Assembly (NCBI GenBank): GCA_020441345.1
Contig: JAGRMK010000004.1
Coordinates: 1-32,125, forward strand
Source of the DNA: Paracoccaceae bacterium
Lineage (GTDB): Bacteria > Pseudomonadota > Alphaproteobacteria > Rhodobacterales > Rhodobacteraceae
Length of the DNA: 32,125 bases
Reading direction: 5' to 3'
Positions 1 through 9,110 of this stretch are shown piece after piece. The translations under genes were made by a program, and so were the position numbers. How positions within the stretch are numbered: position 1 is the stretch's first letter; each line of letters starts with the position of its first letter. Below the pieces are notes generated by a model, which was not told the DNA's origin, searched no databases, and saw nothing but the letters and a program-made list of their open reading frames with translations.

Positions 1-55
1 CGGTTTCATAGGCGTTCAGCCGGCATCCCAGCGTGGTGAAAACGGGTATGGTCAT
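1..55 (-). CDS. mtaB: tRNA t6A37 methylthiotransferase MtaB, N-terminal fragment (runs off the window)
   Basis: Reverse strand reads [18 protein letters not shown], the TLGCxxN motif of the methylthiotransferase N-terminal domain. Its ATG overlaps the dapF stop (ATGA, 52-55); dapF-mtaB adjacency is common in alphaproteobacteria. Confidence 0.85.
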   Translation of the reverse strand, partial: MTIPVFTTLGCRLNAYET

Positions 56-882
56 GAGGCGGCCAGAAAGCCGGGCGCAAGGGTCGCGGTGAACACCTCG
101 GCCACCGGCCCGGTCAGCCAGACACCATCCGCGCGCCAGTCGGCAATCAACGTGCCACCGTCCAGCTCCATCGCCACACGCCGCCCGGTCAGCCCGCGCA
201 GCGATGCTGCCACCGCCACCGCGCAGGCGCCCGATCCGCAGGCCAGCGTGACCCCCGTGCCCCGCTCCCAGACCCGCATCCGCAGATGGTCAGGGCCGAT
301 CAGACTGGCGAATTCGACATTGGTGCGCTCGGGGAACAGGGCATCATGCTCGATCAACGGCCCCTGCGTTTCCAGCGCGACAGCTTCGGCGTCGTCCACC
401 AGAAAGACGCAATGCGGGTTTCCCATGCCGACCCCGACCGGATCGCCCGGTAGCGGCAGATGCAGCGTATCCTGCGCGGCATTCAGCGGAATCCCCTGCC
501 AGTTGGTCAGCGGCGCACCCATGTTGACCCAGACCTGCCCGTCCAGCATCCGCGCGTGCAACAGTCCGCGCGTGGTGCGTATGGTCAACGCATCGCGCCC
601 GGTCTGCATCATAACCAGCCAGGCGACACAGCGGGTCGCGTTGCCACAGGCCCCGGCCCGCGTGCCGTCGCTGTTCCAGAAATCCAGCACCAGATCGGCG
701 TCGTCGGCATCGCGCAGTTCCGCCAATTGATCATAGCCGACCCCGCGATGCCGGTCGCCCAGCGCCCGCGCCAGCGCAGGCGTAGTCACCGCCCCGCGCC
801 CCCGCGAGTCGATGATGACGAAATCATTGCCTGCCCCATGCATCTTGCGAAAGGTCAGGTCAGGGGTCTGCGCGGTGTTCAT
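52..882 (-). CDS. dapF: Diaminopimelate epimerase (276 aa)
   Basis: [12 protein letters not shown]-terminus, catalytic CGNATRC and ACGSGAC motifs, GNPHCV and RVWERG. Start placed at ATG 882, not at the ORF-track start 1230. Confidence 0.97.
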   Translation of the reverse strand: MNTAQTPDLTFRKMHGAGNDFVIIDSRGRGAVTTPALARALGDRHRGVGYDQLAELRDADDADLVLDFWNSDGTRAGACGNATRCVAWLVMMQTGRDALTIRTTRGLLHARMLDGQVWVNMGAPLTNWQGIPLNAAQDTLHLPLPGDPVGVGMGNPHCVFLVDDAEAVALETQGPLIEHDALFPERTNVEFASLIGPDHLRMRVWERGTGVTLACGSGACAVAVAASLRGLTGRRVAMELDGGTLIADWRADGVWLTGPVAEVFTATLAPGFLAAS

Positions 883-954
883 ACCCGGCGATATAGGCGA
901 ATTCCCGGGACCGTTCCAGTGGCGGCTGCTATGCTGCGTGCAAAGGAGTGTCAG

Positions 955-1962
955 ATGCGCATAGCGATCTTCGGGGCCGGGTCTGTGGGCTGCTATATCG
1001 GCGGGCGGCTTGCGGCGGGCGGCGCGCAGGTCACGCTGATCGGGCGCGCGCGGCTGCGCGACGACCTGGCGACTCATGGTCTGCATCTGAGCGACTATCG
1101 CGGCGGCGAAGATCACGTTCGGGATATCCCTTTTGCACTGGAGCCCGAGGCCGCGGCAGGCGCGGCGCTGGTTCTGGTCTGCGTCAAATCCCAGCACAGC
1201 GCAGAGGCCGCCCGCAGCCTGAAGCCGCATCTGGCCGCGGGGGCGCAGATCGTCAGCCTACAGAACGGTGTGACCAACACCGCAACCCTGTCCGAAGGGC
1301 TGAATCGCCCGGTTCTGATGGGTATGGTGGGGTTCAACGTCGCGGCGCAGGGGGACGGGCGGTTCCATCAGGGCACGCAGGGCGATCTGCATCTTGAACG
1401 CAGCCCGGGCATGGTGCCGTTCCTTGGGGCGTTTCAACGGGCCGGCCTTGCGATCATCCAGCATTCCGACATGCGCCCGGTCCTCTGGGCCAAGCTGATG
1501 CTGAACCTCAACAACGCGATCAACGCGCTGGCCAATATCCCGCTGCGCGCCGAACTGGCACAGCGCGGGTTTCGCCTGTGCCTTGCCTTGGCGCAGCAAG
1601 AGCTTCTGCAGCTCACGGCGGGGGCCTCGTTGCCCCGCTTTGCCCGCCTGTCGCCCCTGCCCGCCGCCTGGATCCCGCCCGTGCTGCGCCTGCCGGATCC
1701 GGCTTTTCGCGTCGTGGCGAGCAGCATGTTGCGCATCGACCCGCTGGCGCGGTCGTCGATGTCGGACGATCTGGCATCGGGCCGCCCGCCCGAGGTCGCG
1801 TGGATCAACGGCGCGGTCGTGCGCCTGGCGGAAAACCAGGGCCGCGACGCCCCGGTCAACCGCCGACTCTGCGCCTTGATCGACGAGGCGGCCCACGCCA
1901 CCAGCCGCCCGACCTGGACCGCCGCCGAGCTGCTGGCCGACCTCACCACCGCTGCGCATTGA
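955..1962 (+). CDS. panE: 2-dehydropantoate 2-reductase (PanE/ApbA family, 335 aa)
   Basis: [17 protein letters not shown] Rossmann motif, CVKS, SLQNGV, WAKLMLN, SSMSDDL..GR..E...ING. AAGGAG RBS precedes ATG 955. Confidence 0.9.
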   Translation: MRIAIFGAGSVGCYIGGRLAAGGAQVTLIGRARLRDDLATHGLHLSDYRGGEDHVRDIPFALEPEAAAGAALVLVCVKSQHSAEAARSLKPHLAAGAQIVSLQNGVTNTATLSEGLNRPVLMGMVGFNVAAQGDGRFHQGTQGDLHLERSPGMVPFLGAFQRAGLAIIQHSDMRPVLWAKLMLNLNNAINALANIPLRAELAQRGFRLCLALAQQELLQLTAGASLPRFARLSPLPAAWIPPVLRLPDPAFRVVASSMLRIDPLARSSMSDDLASGRPPEVAWINGAVVRLAENQGRDAPVNRRLCALIDEAAHATSRPTWTAAELLADLTTAAH

Positions 1963-2082
1963 CCCCGGTGCGCAGCCTTGCCGCTGCCCTCGCGCGGGGC
2001 GTTTCCGGCTTTCCATGCCGTCGCCGCGTTGCTAAGCCGGGGGCGGAACTTTCCGCGAGCGCGACAAGGCAAGGACAGGCAG

Positions 2083-2940
2083 GTGACAGACGGCGACAGG
2101 CCCCGCAGCGATGGCGCCCCCCCGACCGGTCGGGTTCCGGCGCTGGTCTCGCCCTGGGTGATCGTCTCGCGCCATTTCGAGCTGATCCGTGCGCTGGTCG
2201 AACGCGATATCGAATCGCGCATCCGGGGCACTGTCCTGGGCAAGGTCTGGATCGTGTTCGGGCCGCTGTTCATGCTGGCGGTCTATACGCTGGTGTTCGG
2301 CCTGATCCTGAACTCGCGCTGGCAGGACCGCACCGACGACGCATTCCTGTTCCCGCTGATCTATTTTTCCGGTCTCGTGCTGTTCAACTTCTTTTTTGAA
2401 AGCATCTCGCGCGCGACCACTCTCTTGCGCGACAACCAGTCGTTCATCACCAAGATCGTCTTTCCGCTCGAAGCGTTCTGCTATTCGGTGGTGGGCTCGT
2501 CGCTGGTGCGCTTTGCGATCGGGTTCGTGATTCTGGGCGTATTCTACCTGCCCCTGCAAGGGCTGCCACCCCTCGCCGCGCTGGCCTATCCGCTGCTGTT
2601 CCTGGGCCTTGCGCTGTTTGCTGTCGGGGGCACGCTGGCGCTGGCGGCGCTGGCGGTCTATCTGCGCGACCTCGCGCATCTGATGCAGCCGCTGTCGATG
2701 CTGCTGCTGTTCCTGTCGCCGCTGTTCTACCCGCTGGATCGGGTGCCCGAGGCGTTTCGCCCGCTGGTGATGCTGAACCCGCTGGCCTATCCGCTGGAGG
2801 CCACGCGCAACGCCTTGTTTTTCGGCGAATGGCCGAACCCGCTGGGTGCCGGGCTTTATCTGGTGCTGGGCTGGGTCAGCGCAGCAGCAGGCTATGCCCT
2901 TTTCATGCGCCTCAGGGCCGGGTTCGCGGATGTCGTCTGA
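2083..2940 (+). CDS. wzm: ABC-2 type polysaccharide/glycolipid exporter permease (Wzm-like, ~285 aa)
   Basis: RDIESRIRGTVLGKVW, KIVFP, RDL.HL, LFLSPLFYP, LNPL motifs and about six hydrophobic segments. GTG 2083 chosen as start (after AAGGAC/AGGCAG); start uncertain. Overlaps the next ATPase gene. Confidence 0.9.
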   Translation: MTDGDRPRSDGAPPTGRVPALVSPWVIVSRHFELIRALVERDIESRIRGTVLGKVWIVFGPLFMLAVYTLVFGLILNSRWQDRTDDAFLFPLIYFSGLVLFNFFFESISRATTLLRDNQSFITKIVFPLEAFCYSVVGSSLVRFAIGFVILGVFYLPLQGLPPLAALAYPLLFLGLALFAVGGTLALAALAVYLRDLAHLMQPLSMLLLFLSPLFYPLDRVPEAFRPLVMLNPLAYPLEATRNALFFGEWPNPLGAGLYLVLGWVSAAAGYALFMRLRAGFADVV

Positions 2941-4207
2941 TGTCGCGATCCGGGTTCAGGGGCTTGGCAAGGCCTATCGCCGCCACGCCAGCGAAGGCGC
3001 GCGGCTGCGCGACGCGCTGTTCAAGACCGGCTCGGGCGAAGAAACCTGGGTGCTGCGCGACGTATCCTTCGAGGTGCGCCGGGGCGAGGCGCTGGGCGTC
3101 GTCGGCCGCAACGGCGCGGGCAAATCGACGCTGTTGAAGATCATCTCGAAAACCCTCACCGCCAGCACCGGCACCGCCACGGTGCAGGGTCGGGTGGCAA
3201 CACTGCTGGAACTGGGAGCGGGGTTGCATCAGGACTACACAGGCCGCGAGAACGCACGATTTTCTGCAACCATCATGGGCATGAGCCAGCGCGAGTTCAC
3301 CGCCGTCATCGATGACATCGAAAGCTTCGCCGAGCTGGGTGAATTCTTCGACCGGCGGATTTCGGAATATTCCAGCGGGATGTATGCGCGGCTCGCGTTC
3401 TCGATCAACATCCACTGTCGGCCCGACATTCTGATCGTCGACGAGATCTTGTCCGTCGGCGACATCGCATTCCAGATGAAATGCCTCGAATTCCTGCGCG
3501 GGTTCTGCGCCGCGGGCGGCACGTTGCTGTTCGTCTCGCATGACGATGCGGCGGTGCGGGCGTTGTGCGACCGGGCGATCTGGCTTGAGGGTGGCGCGCT
3601 GGCGGCGGCCGGCGCCACCGACAAGGTCTTGCGGCGCTATCACACGACGACATGGCAACGCCAATCCCGAACAGCCGGGTTCGAGATCCACGACACCGAC
3701 ACGCCCGACACCGCGCCCCCTGCCCCGGATGCGCCGCGCGGCTTCAACCCTGAAACCCTGCCGGACGCACCCGTGCCCGGTGCCGTGACCGTCGTCGATC
3801 TTTTCGATGCCACCGGGCGGCAGGTGGCGCTGCTGCATGGCGGCCAGCGCGTCGAAATCCGCATCGGGTTTCATGCGGAAACGGCAATCGGTGCGCCATC
3901 AGTCTGCTTCCTGGTGCGCAACCGCATGGCGCAACTCCTGTTCGGCGCCCGCACCGAGGTCGCGCCTCCCCTCGCCGCCGGAACCGGTGCCGAAGCGCGG
4001 TTTGCCTTCGTGCTGCCCTACATGCCCTCGGGCGAGTATACGCTGGCGCCGCTGGTGCTCGATGGCGGCGCGGGTGCCGAGCGCGTCGTGCTGCGGTCTG
4101 ACCCTGTCGTGCTGGCAGTGCACACGGTCCATATCTCGCAGGGGCTGGCCAATGTGCGGATGCGCGCGGTGCGCATCGAACGCACCCCGGACGCGCGAGG
4201 GGCCTGA
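2930..4207 (+). CDS. wzt: ABC exporter ATPase with C-terminal Wzt_C-like domain, copy 1 (425 aa)
   Basis: Walker A GRNGAGKST, Wzt-type signature YSSGM, Walker B ILIVDE, H-loop VSHD; beta-rich C-terminal extension ending in LPYMPSGEY. Confidence 0.92.
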   Translation: MSSDVAIRVQGLGKAYRRHASEGARLRDALFKTGSGEETWVLRDVSFEVRRGEALGVVGRNGAGKSTLLKIISKTLTASTGTATVQGRVATLLELGAGLHQDYTGRENARFSATIMGMSQREFTAVIDDIESFAELGEFFDRRISEYSSGMYARLAFSINIHCRPDILIVDEILSVGDIAFQMKCLEFLRGFCAAGGTLLFVSHDDAAVRALCDRAIWLEGGALAAAGATDKVLRRYHTTTWQRQSRTAGFEIHDTDTPDTAPPAPDAPRGFNPETLPDAPVPGAVTVVDLFDATGRQVALLHGGQRVEIRIGFHAETAIGAPSVCFLVRNRMAQLLFGARTEVAPPLAAGTGAEARFAFVLPYMPSGEYTLAPLVLDGGAGAERVVLRSDPVVLAVHTVHISQGLANVRMRAVRIERTPDARGA

Positions 4208-4210
4208 GCC

Positions 4211-5500
4211 ATGACGCAGCCCAGCCTTCGCGCCACTGGCCTTGGCAAACGCTACATGCTGGACGCTACACCGCTACAGCACCTGTCGAACGCGCTGTTC
4301 GGTCGCAGCACCGGTACGCCGTTCTGGGCCTTGCAGGCGATGGACCTGGAAATCGGAATGGGCGATTCGCTGGGTGTCATCGGCCGCAACGGGTCGGGCA
4401 AATCGACGCTTTTGCAACTCTTGATGGGCACGCTGGCACCCAGCACCGGCAGCGTTTCGGTGCAGGGGCGCGTCGCGGGATTGCTGGAACTGGGCGCGGG
4501 GTTCAACCCCGATTTCACCGGGCGCGAGAACGCCGCCCTGAACGCCGCCAACCTTGGGCTGAGCGCGCGCGAGATCGCGCGGCGGATGCCCGCCATCGCA
4601 GCTTTCGCGGACATCGGTGCCTATATCGACCGGCCGGTGCGCGAATATTCCTCGGGCATGTATTCGCGGCTCGCTTTCTCGGTGGCGATCCATGTCGATG
4701 CCGATGTGCTGATCGTCGACGAGATCCTGTCGGTCGGGGACAGCGAGTTCCAGCACCGCTGCCATGCCTGGATGCGGCAGTTCCGGGCACGGGGCGGCAC
4801 GCTGGTTTTCGTGTCGCAGAACGCGCTGGAAATGGCCTCGATCTGCGCGCGCGCGATCTGGCTGGATCGCGGCAAGATCGTCGCTCAAGGCCCCTCGGAC
4901 GAGGTTGCCACCGCCTATCAGGCCGCGCTGCTGGGGCCCTACAAGGCCGCCGAGACCGTCACCACCGCGGTCGGTGGCACGGCCGCGGACACGGCGCGGT
5001 TCGTGCAGCCGATGCGCGTTGCGGTGGGGCCGTTCCAAACCCAGGCCCCGCAGCACGGGGCGGGCGGCGCAAGGGTCGTCGGGGTCGCATGGCAGCACCC
5101 CGGCGGCGATACCGTTCAGACGTTCGACGGCGGCGAAGAGATCGAATTGCGCATCACCGTGCGCGCCGAAACCGCGTTGCACCGGCCGATCCTCGGCTTC
5201 ATCCTGCGCGATGCGCGCGGTCAGAACCTGTTTGGCGACAACTCGTTTCTTGCCACCGCCGAAAACCCGCCCCGGGTGGCGCCGGGCGAACAGATTTCGG
5301 CGGTGTTCCGGTTTCGCTTTCCGTATTTGCCGCAAGGCACTTATCAGCTTGCGCCGTCGATTCTGGAGGGCACGCAAGACGACCACGTGCATCTGCACTG
5401 GATGGAAGAGGCGATGGCGCTGCGCGTGACCGAAAGCCCGGTCGAATTCGGTCTGGTTGGCGTGCCGATGATCCACGCAACGCTGACCCCCTGCGACTGA
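4211..5500 (+). CDS. wzt: ABC exporter ATPase with C-terminal Wzt_C-like domain, copy 2 (429 aa)
   Basis: Walker A GRNGSGKST, YSSGM, VLIVDE. H-loop reads VSQN (His replaced by Gln). C-terminal domain with GFILRDARGQNLFG and FPYLPQGTY. Confidence 0.92.
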   Translation: MTQPSLRATGLGKRYMLDATPLQHLSNALFGRSTGTPFWALQAMDLEIGMGDSLGVIGRNGSGKSTLLQLLMGTLAPSTGSVSVQGRVAGLLELGAGFNPDFTGRENAALNAANLGLSAREIARRMPAIAAFADIGAYIDRPVREYSSGMYSRLAFSVAIHVDADVLIVDEILSVGDSEFQHRCHAWMRQFRARGGTLVFVSQNALEMASICARAIWLDRGKIVAQGPSDEVATAYQAALLGPYKAAETVTTAVGGTAADTARFVQPMRVAVGPFQTQAPQHGAGGARVVGVAWQHPGGDTVQTFDGGEEIELRITVRAETALHRPILGFILRDARGQNLFGDNSFLATAENPPRVAPGEQISAVFRFRFPYLPQGTYQLAPSILEGTQDDHVHLHWMEEAMALRVTESPVEFGLVGVPMIHATLTPCD

Positions 5501-5506
5501 CGCCCC

Positions 5507-6877
5507 TCAGCGCGGGTCGATGACCGGCGGCAGCGGTGCCTTGCCCTGCGCCGCGACAACCAGCGCATCGAACAGCGCCGGCACGACCTGCTCCCAGGTC
5601 GGCCACGAAAAGCCGGCGATCCGCGCGACCAGACGCGCGTGCTCGTCGGGATCCTCAAGCGCCAGCAGAGCTTCGGTCAGGCTATCGGGCGTGGTATCGA
5701 AATAGGCGCCGAAATCGCCCAGAACCTCGGTCGCGATCTCGGACCGATTGGCCAGGACCGGCGTGCCATGCGCGGCGCATTCGACCAGAGGCAGGCCGAA
5801 CCCTTCGACGGTCGAGGCATGGATCAGCGCATGCGCGTGCTCATAGGCATAGGCAAGTTCGGCATCGGTGGTATCGCGCAGCCAGACCACCTTGTCGCGG
5901 TGTGGCGTGGTGGCGATGGCGCGGACGATCTCGTCATACATCCAGCCTTTGCGCCCCAGAATAACAAGCGACCGCGTGCTTTGCCCGCCTGCCCAAAGCG
6001 ACTCAATCGCCGCCAGAACCATGCGGTGCCCCTTTTTCGGTTCGATCGTGCCAACCATCAGGTAGGGGCGGTTGTCGGCAGGAAACAGCGCCGCCAGCCG
6101 GTTTCCGCCCTTGGCCCCGTCCAGCAGCGGGTCCAGCCCGTTGTGACAAACGGTGATCGTGGCCTGTGCGGCTTCGTCGGGGAACAGCCGACGCAGCATC
6201 GACGCGGTATAGCCCGAGATCGTCACCACGCCCGAGAAATTGCGCAGCGCGGCGCGCGCATTCTCGCGGAACTGGTCACGCCAGGGCGCGCGATACAGTT
6301 CAGGGTGCGAAACCGGGATTACGTCATGCACCAGCGTGTAAATTGCCTTCATCCGGCCGCGAAACCGGGCATAGGTCTGGGGCGAGACATCGTGCCAATA
6401 GGCCGGGCAGAACAGGATATCCTCAGGGCCGGGCTCAATGCGAACCGTCTGCATGTAGCGTTGCCAGAACCGGCTGGCGGGCCGTTCCAGCACCTCGAAC
6501 ACCCCCTCCAGTCGTTGCGCCAGCGCCTCGGGGCGGGCCGGTGTGCCGCGCAGCCGGTCGCGCAGCCGCAAGCCGAACCACGGCACCGCGAACAGCGCGT
6601 AAGCGATCCCCAACGCGACATAGTGCAGCGCCAGCAACACCATCGGCCAAGGCCGCGACCGCGACATCGACCGCGGCAACCCGTCGGGATGCGGGAAATT
6701 TGCCGAGCGGCGTTGCAGGACCAGATCACCGTCGGAAATTGCCACCGGCAGAACCTCGACCCCGCGCGCGCGTCCAAAGCCATAACCCAGCACCAGGTAA
6801 TTGCGCACCACGCGCGGAATGCCCGTCAGCGGGCGCCCATGCAGATTGATTGCGGTGGTGTCGATAAGTAGACGCAT
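5507..6877 (-). CDS. GT4 family glycosyltransferase (WbpX/WbdA-like mannosyl/rhamnosyltransferase, 456 aa)
   Basis: TGIPRVV, VHDVIPVSHPE, MVGTIEPKKGH, EGFGLPLVE (EX7E). Start at ATG 6877 (MRLLIDTT). Confidence 0.9.
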   Translation of the reverse strand: MRLLIDTTAINLHGRPLTGIPRVVRNYLVLGYGFGRARGVEVLPVAISDGDLVLQRRSANFPHPDGLPRSMSRSRPWPMVLLALHYVALGIAYALFAVPWFGLRLRDRLRGTPARPEALAQRLEGVFEVLERPASRFWQRYMQTVRIEPGPEDILFCPAYWHDVSPQTYARFRGRMKAIYTLVHDVIPVSHPELYRAPWRDQFRENARAALRNFSGVVTISGYTASMLRRLFPDEAAQATITVCHNGLDPLLDGAKGGNRLAALFPADNRPYLMVGTIEPKKGHRMVLAAIESLWAGGQSTRSLVILGRKGWMYDEIVRAIATTPHRDKVVWLRDTTDAELAYAYEHAHALIHASTVEGFGLPLVECAAHGTPVLANRSEIATEVLGDFGAYFDTTPDSLTEALLALEDPDEHARLVARIAGFSWPTWEQVVPALFDALVVAAQGKAPLPPVIDPR

Positions 6878-7017
6878 GGGCAGGGGCGCACCTGTCTGAA
6901 ACGGGGTCGCCCGGTCTTGGCCCGGTGCCTGGAAGCTGTCAAGCGCAAGCGGGGCGGGTGCCTCGACTTCGCCAGGCGGCGGTGATAGCTGGTGGCGCCG
7001 ACGCAAACGGGGATGCC

Positions 7018-7944
7018 ATGCGGGTCTTTCAGCACATCGACGCGCTCTGGGGGCGTTTTTGGCCGCTTCTCGCGCTGCCGCCGCTGGTGCTGGCCGGGTA
7101 TGTCGTCACCGGGCAGGCCAGGATCGAGCATTACGTCGTGATCCTGGGCGTCATCGTGTTTTCGGTTGCCAGCCGCTTGACCCGCGACCTGCTGCTGGCG
7201 GTCATTCCGGGGATCGGCATTTTCCTGGGCTACGAGGCCGTGCGGGGTCTGCGCCCGCTGTTCGTGACCCCCGACCGTGTCCTTGCCTGCCAGTTTCGAG
7301 ACCTGGACGCCGCGCTGTTCGGCTTTGGCACGGGCATGACCCCGGCCGATTTTTTTGCCCTGCATCACAGCCCGCTCGCGGATCTGATCTTTGCCCTGCC
7401 CTATACGGTCTTCTGGGCCGTCGTGATGGCCTATTGCGGGGTGTTGTTCCTGATCTCGCGCGGGCGGCTCAGGCGCTACCTGTGGGTGCTGGCCCTCACG
7501 CATCTGGTGGCTTTTGCGATCTGGATGGCGCTGCCCGCCGCGCCGCCCTGGTATGTGCGCACGGTTGGCTGCGGGATCGACACCGCCGTGCCCCCGCAGG
7601 CGGCGGCGCTGTCACGCCTCGATGCGCGGTTCGGCATCGGGTATTTCGAGGCCTTCTACAGCCGCGCGCCCACCGTGTTCGGGGCCTTCCCGTCGCTGCA
7701 TGTCTCGTTCCCGGCGGCGGCGATGGTGACTGGCTGGCGCTGGTTCGGCCCCCTGGGGCGGACAGTGACCGCGACCCTGACCCTGTGGATGATCGCGGCC
7801 AGCGTCTATCTGGACCATCACTGGCTGGTCGATGGCCTTGCGACGCTTGTCATCGTCGTCGCGCTGCACGCGCTACTGGTGCGGCTGTGGCCAGCCTATC
7901 GCACGCCCGCCCCCCGAACGGTCTGGCGCGAGGGGCCGCGATGA
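7018..7944 (+). CDS. Aur1-like inositol phosphorylceramide synthase (PAP2 superfamily, 308 aa)
   Basis: Polytopic membrane protein with LPAAPPWY, FGAFPSLH and YLDHHWLVD, matching the conserved domains and His/His/Asp triad of fungal Aur1-type IPC synthases. Confidence 0.85.
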   Translation: MRVFQHIDALWGRFWPLLALPPLVLAGYVVTGQARIEHYVVILGVIVFSVASRLTRDLLLAVIPGIGIFLGYEAVRGLRPLFVTPDRVLACQFRDLDAALFGFGTGMTPADFFALHHSPLADLIFALPYTVFWAVVMAYCGVLFLISRGRLRRYLWVLALTHLVAFAIWMALPAAPPWYVRTVGCGIDTAVPPQAAALSRLDARFGIGYFEAFYSRAPTVFGAFPSLHVSFPAAAMVTGWRWFGPLGRTVTATLTLWMIAASVYLDHHWLVDGLATLVIVVALHALLVRLWPAYRTPAPRTVWREGPR

Positions 7945-9110
7945 CTCTGACCGTGACCCCCGTTGAAACCCGCCGCGCGCTGCGGCGTTTCATCGACCTG
8001 CCGCCGGTGCTGTATCGCTGGTTTCCCGACTATGAACCACCGATGCGCATGGACCGGACGATGCTGCTGGACCCGCGCAAGGGGGCGTTCTTTCGCCACG
8101 GCACGGTGCAATACTGGCTGGCCTGGCGCGACGGCGTGCCGGTCGGACGGATCTCGGCGCAGATGTCGCCGGATCGGCCGGTCGGGGTGCCCGAAGACAC
8201 CGGGATGTTCGGCTGCCTCGATACCATCGACGACCCCGAGGTCGTCGCCGCGCTGATCGCCGCCGCCGAGGCATGGCTGGCCGCGCGCGGATGCCGCCAT
8301 GCCTTCGGGCCTTTCCTGCTGAACATGAGCGGCGAGCCCGGATTGCTGATCGACGGCTTCGACCGGCCGCCGATGACCATGACGCCTTGGCACCCGCCCT
8401 ATCTGCGTGCGCATCTGGAAACGCTGGGCTATGCGAAATGGCGCGACCTGCATTGCTGGACGCTGGACCTGCGCACCGTGGACGGCGCGGCTCTCGGCCG
8501 GTCGTTGCGGCTGGACCGGCGCCGGACCGACATCACCTCGCGCGCGATCACACGGCGCACGCTCCGGGCGGACCTGCCGCTTCTGCGCGATCTTTACAAC
8601 GACGGCTGGCGCGACAACTGGGGGCATGTTCCGCTGACGCTGCGCGACATGCAGGGGCTGCGGCTGCTGGCACCGTATCTGCCGCGCCAGGCCGGGCGCG
8701 TGTTCGAGTTGGGCGGCAAGCCGGTGGCGGTCCTGCTGGCCATTCCCAACATGTTCGAGCTGACGCGCGGGCTTGGGCCAAAGCCCTCGCTGCTGGGCTG
8801 GTTGCGGCTGGGATGGCGCGCGCTGCGCTTTCGACCCCGCAGCGCGCGTATCGTCATGCTGGGCATCGCCGAACAGCTTCGGTTCAGCGCCGCCGGGGCC
8901 GCGATCATGCTGGCGATGATGGACGAATTGCTCGCCGAGCAGCGAACGCTGGATCTCGACGCGATCGACGGCGGCTGGGTTCTGGAGAACAACGTCGCAT
9001 TGACACGGTTCCTGGATCGTTACAACTTTACCACAACACGGATTTTTCGCATCTTCGGGAAACAGCTCGGCGGTGCGCAGGAGAGGCCAGATGACAACAG
9101 ACAGCCCTGA
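7941..9110 (+). CDS. GNAT-fold N-acyltransferase, YghO/bacterial ceramide synthase (bCerS)-like (389 aa)
   Basis: FIDLP..LY, LAWRDGVPVGRISA, AAEAWL..RG, GLLIDGFDRPP, HPPY, WVLENN fit the YghO-like tandem GNAT family. ATGA overlap with the upstream gene. Ceramide synthase role inferred from family and context. Confidence 0.75.
   Translation: MTLTVTPVETRRALRRFIDLPPVLYRWFPDYEPPMRMDRTMLLDPRKGAFFRHGTVQYWLAWRDGVPVGRISAQMSPDRPVGVPEDTGMFGCLDTIDDPEVVAALIAAAEAWLAARGCRHAFGPFLLNMSGEPGLLIDGFDRPPMTMTPWHPPYLRAHLETLGYAKWRDLHCWTLDLRTVDGAALGRSLRLDRRRTDITSRAITRRTLRADLPLLRDLYNDGWRDNWGHVPLTLRDMQGLRLLAPYLPRQAGRVFELGGKPVAVLLAIPNMFELTRGLGPKPSLLGWLRLGWRALRFRPRSARIVMLGIAEQLRFSAAGAAIMLAMMDELLAEQRTLDLDAIDGGWVLENNVALTRFLDRYNFTTTRIFRIFGKQLGGAQERPDDNRQP

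Noticed and set aside
955-1962. panE as part of the lipid cluster (pantetheine supply for the ACP)
   Set aside because: Plausible but unsupported; it is separated by ~120 bp from wzm and is a widespread stand-alone gene.
7059-9110. 683-aa ORF suggesting a long or fused GNAT protein
   Set aside because: The first ~294 codons are an off-frame read through the Aur1-like gene; the recognisable protein starts at ATG 7941.
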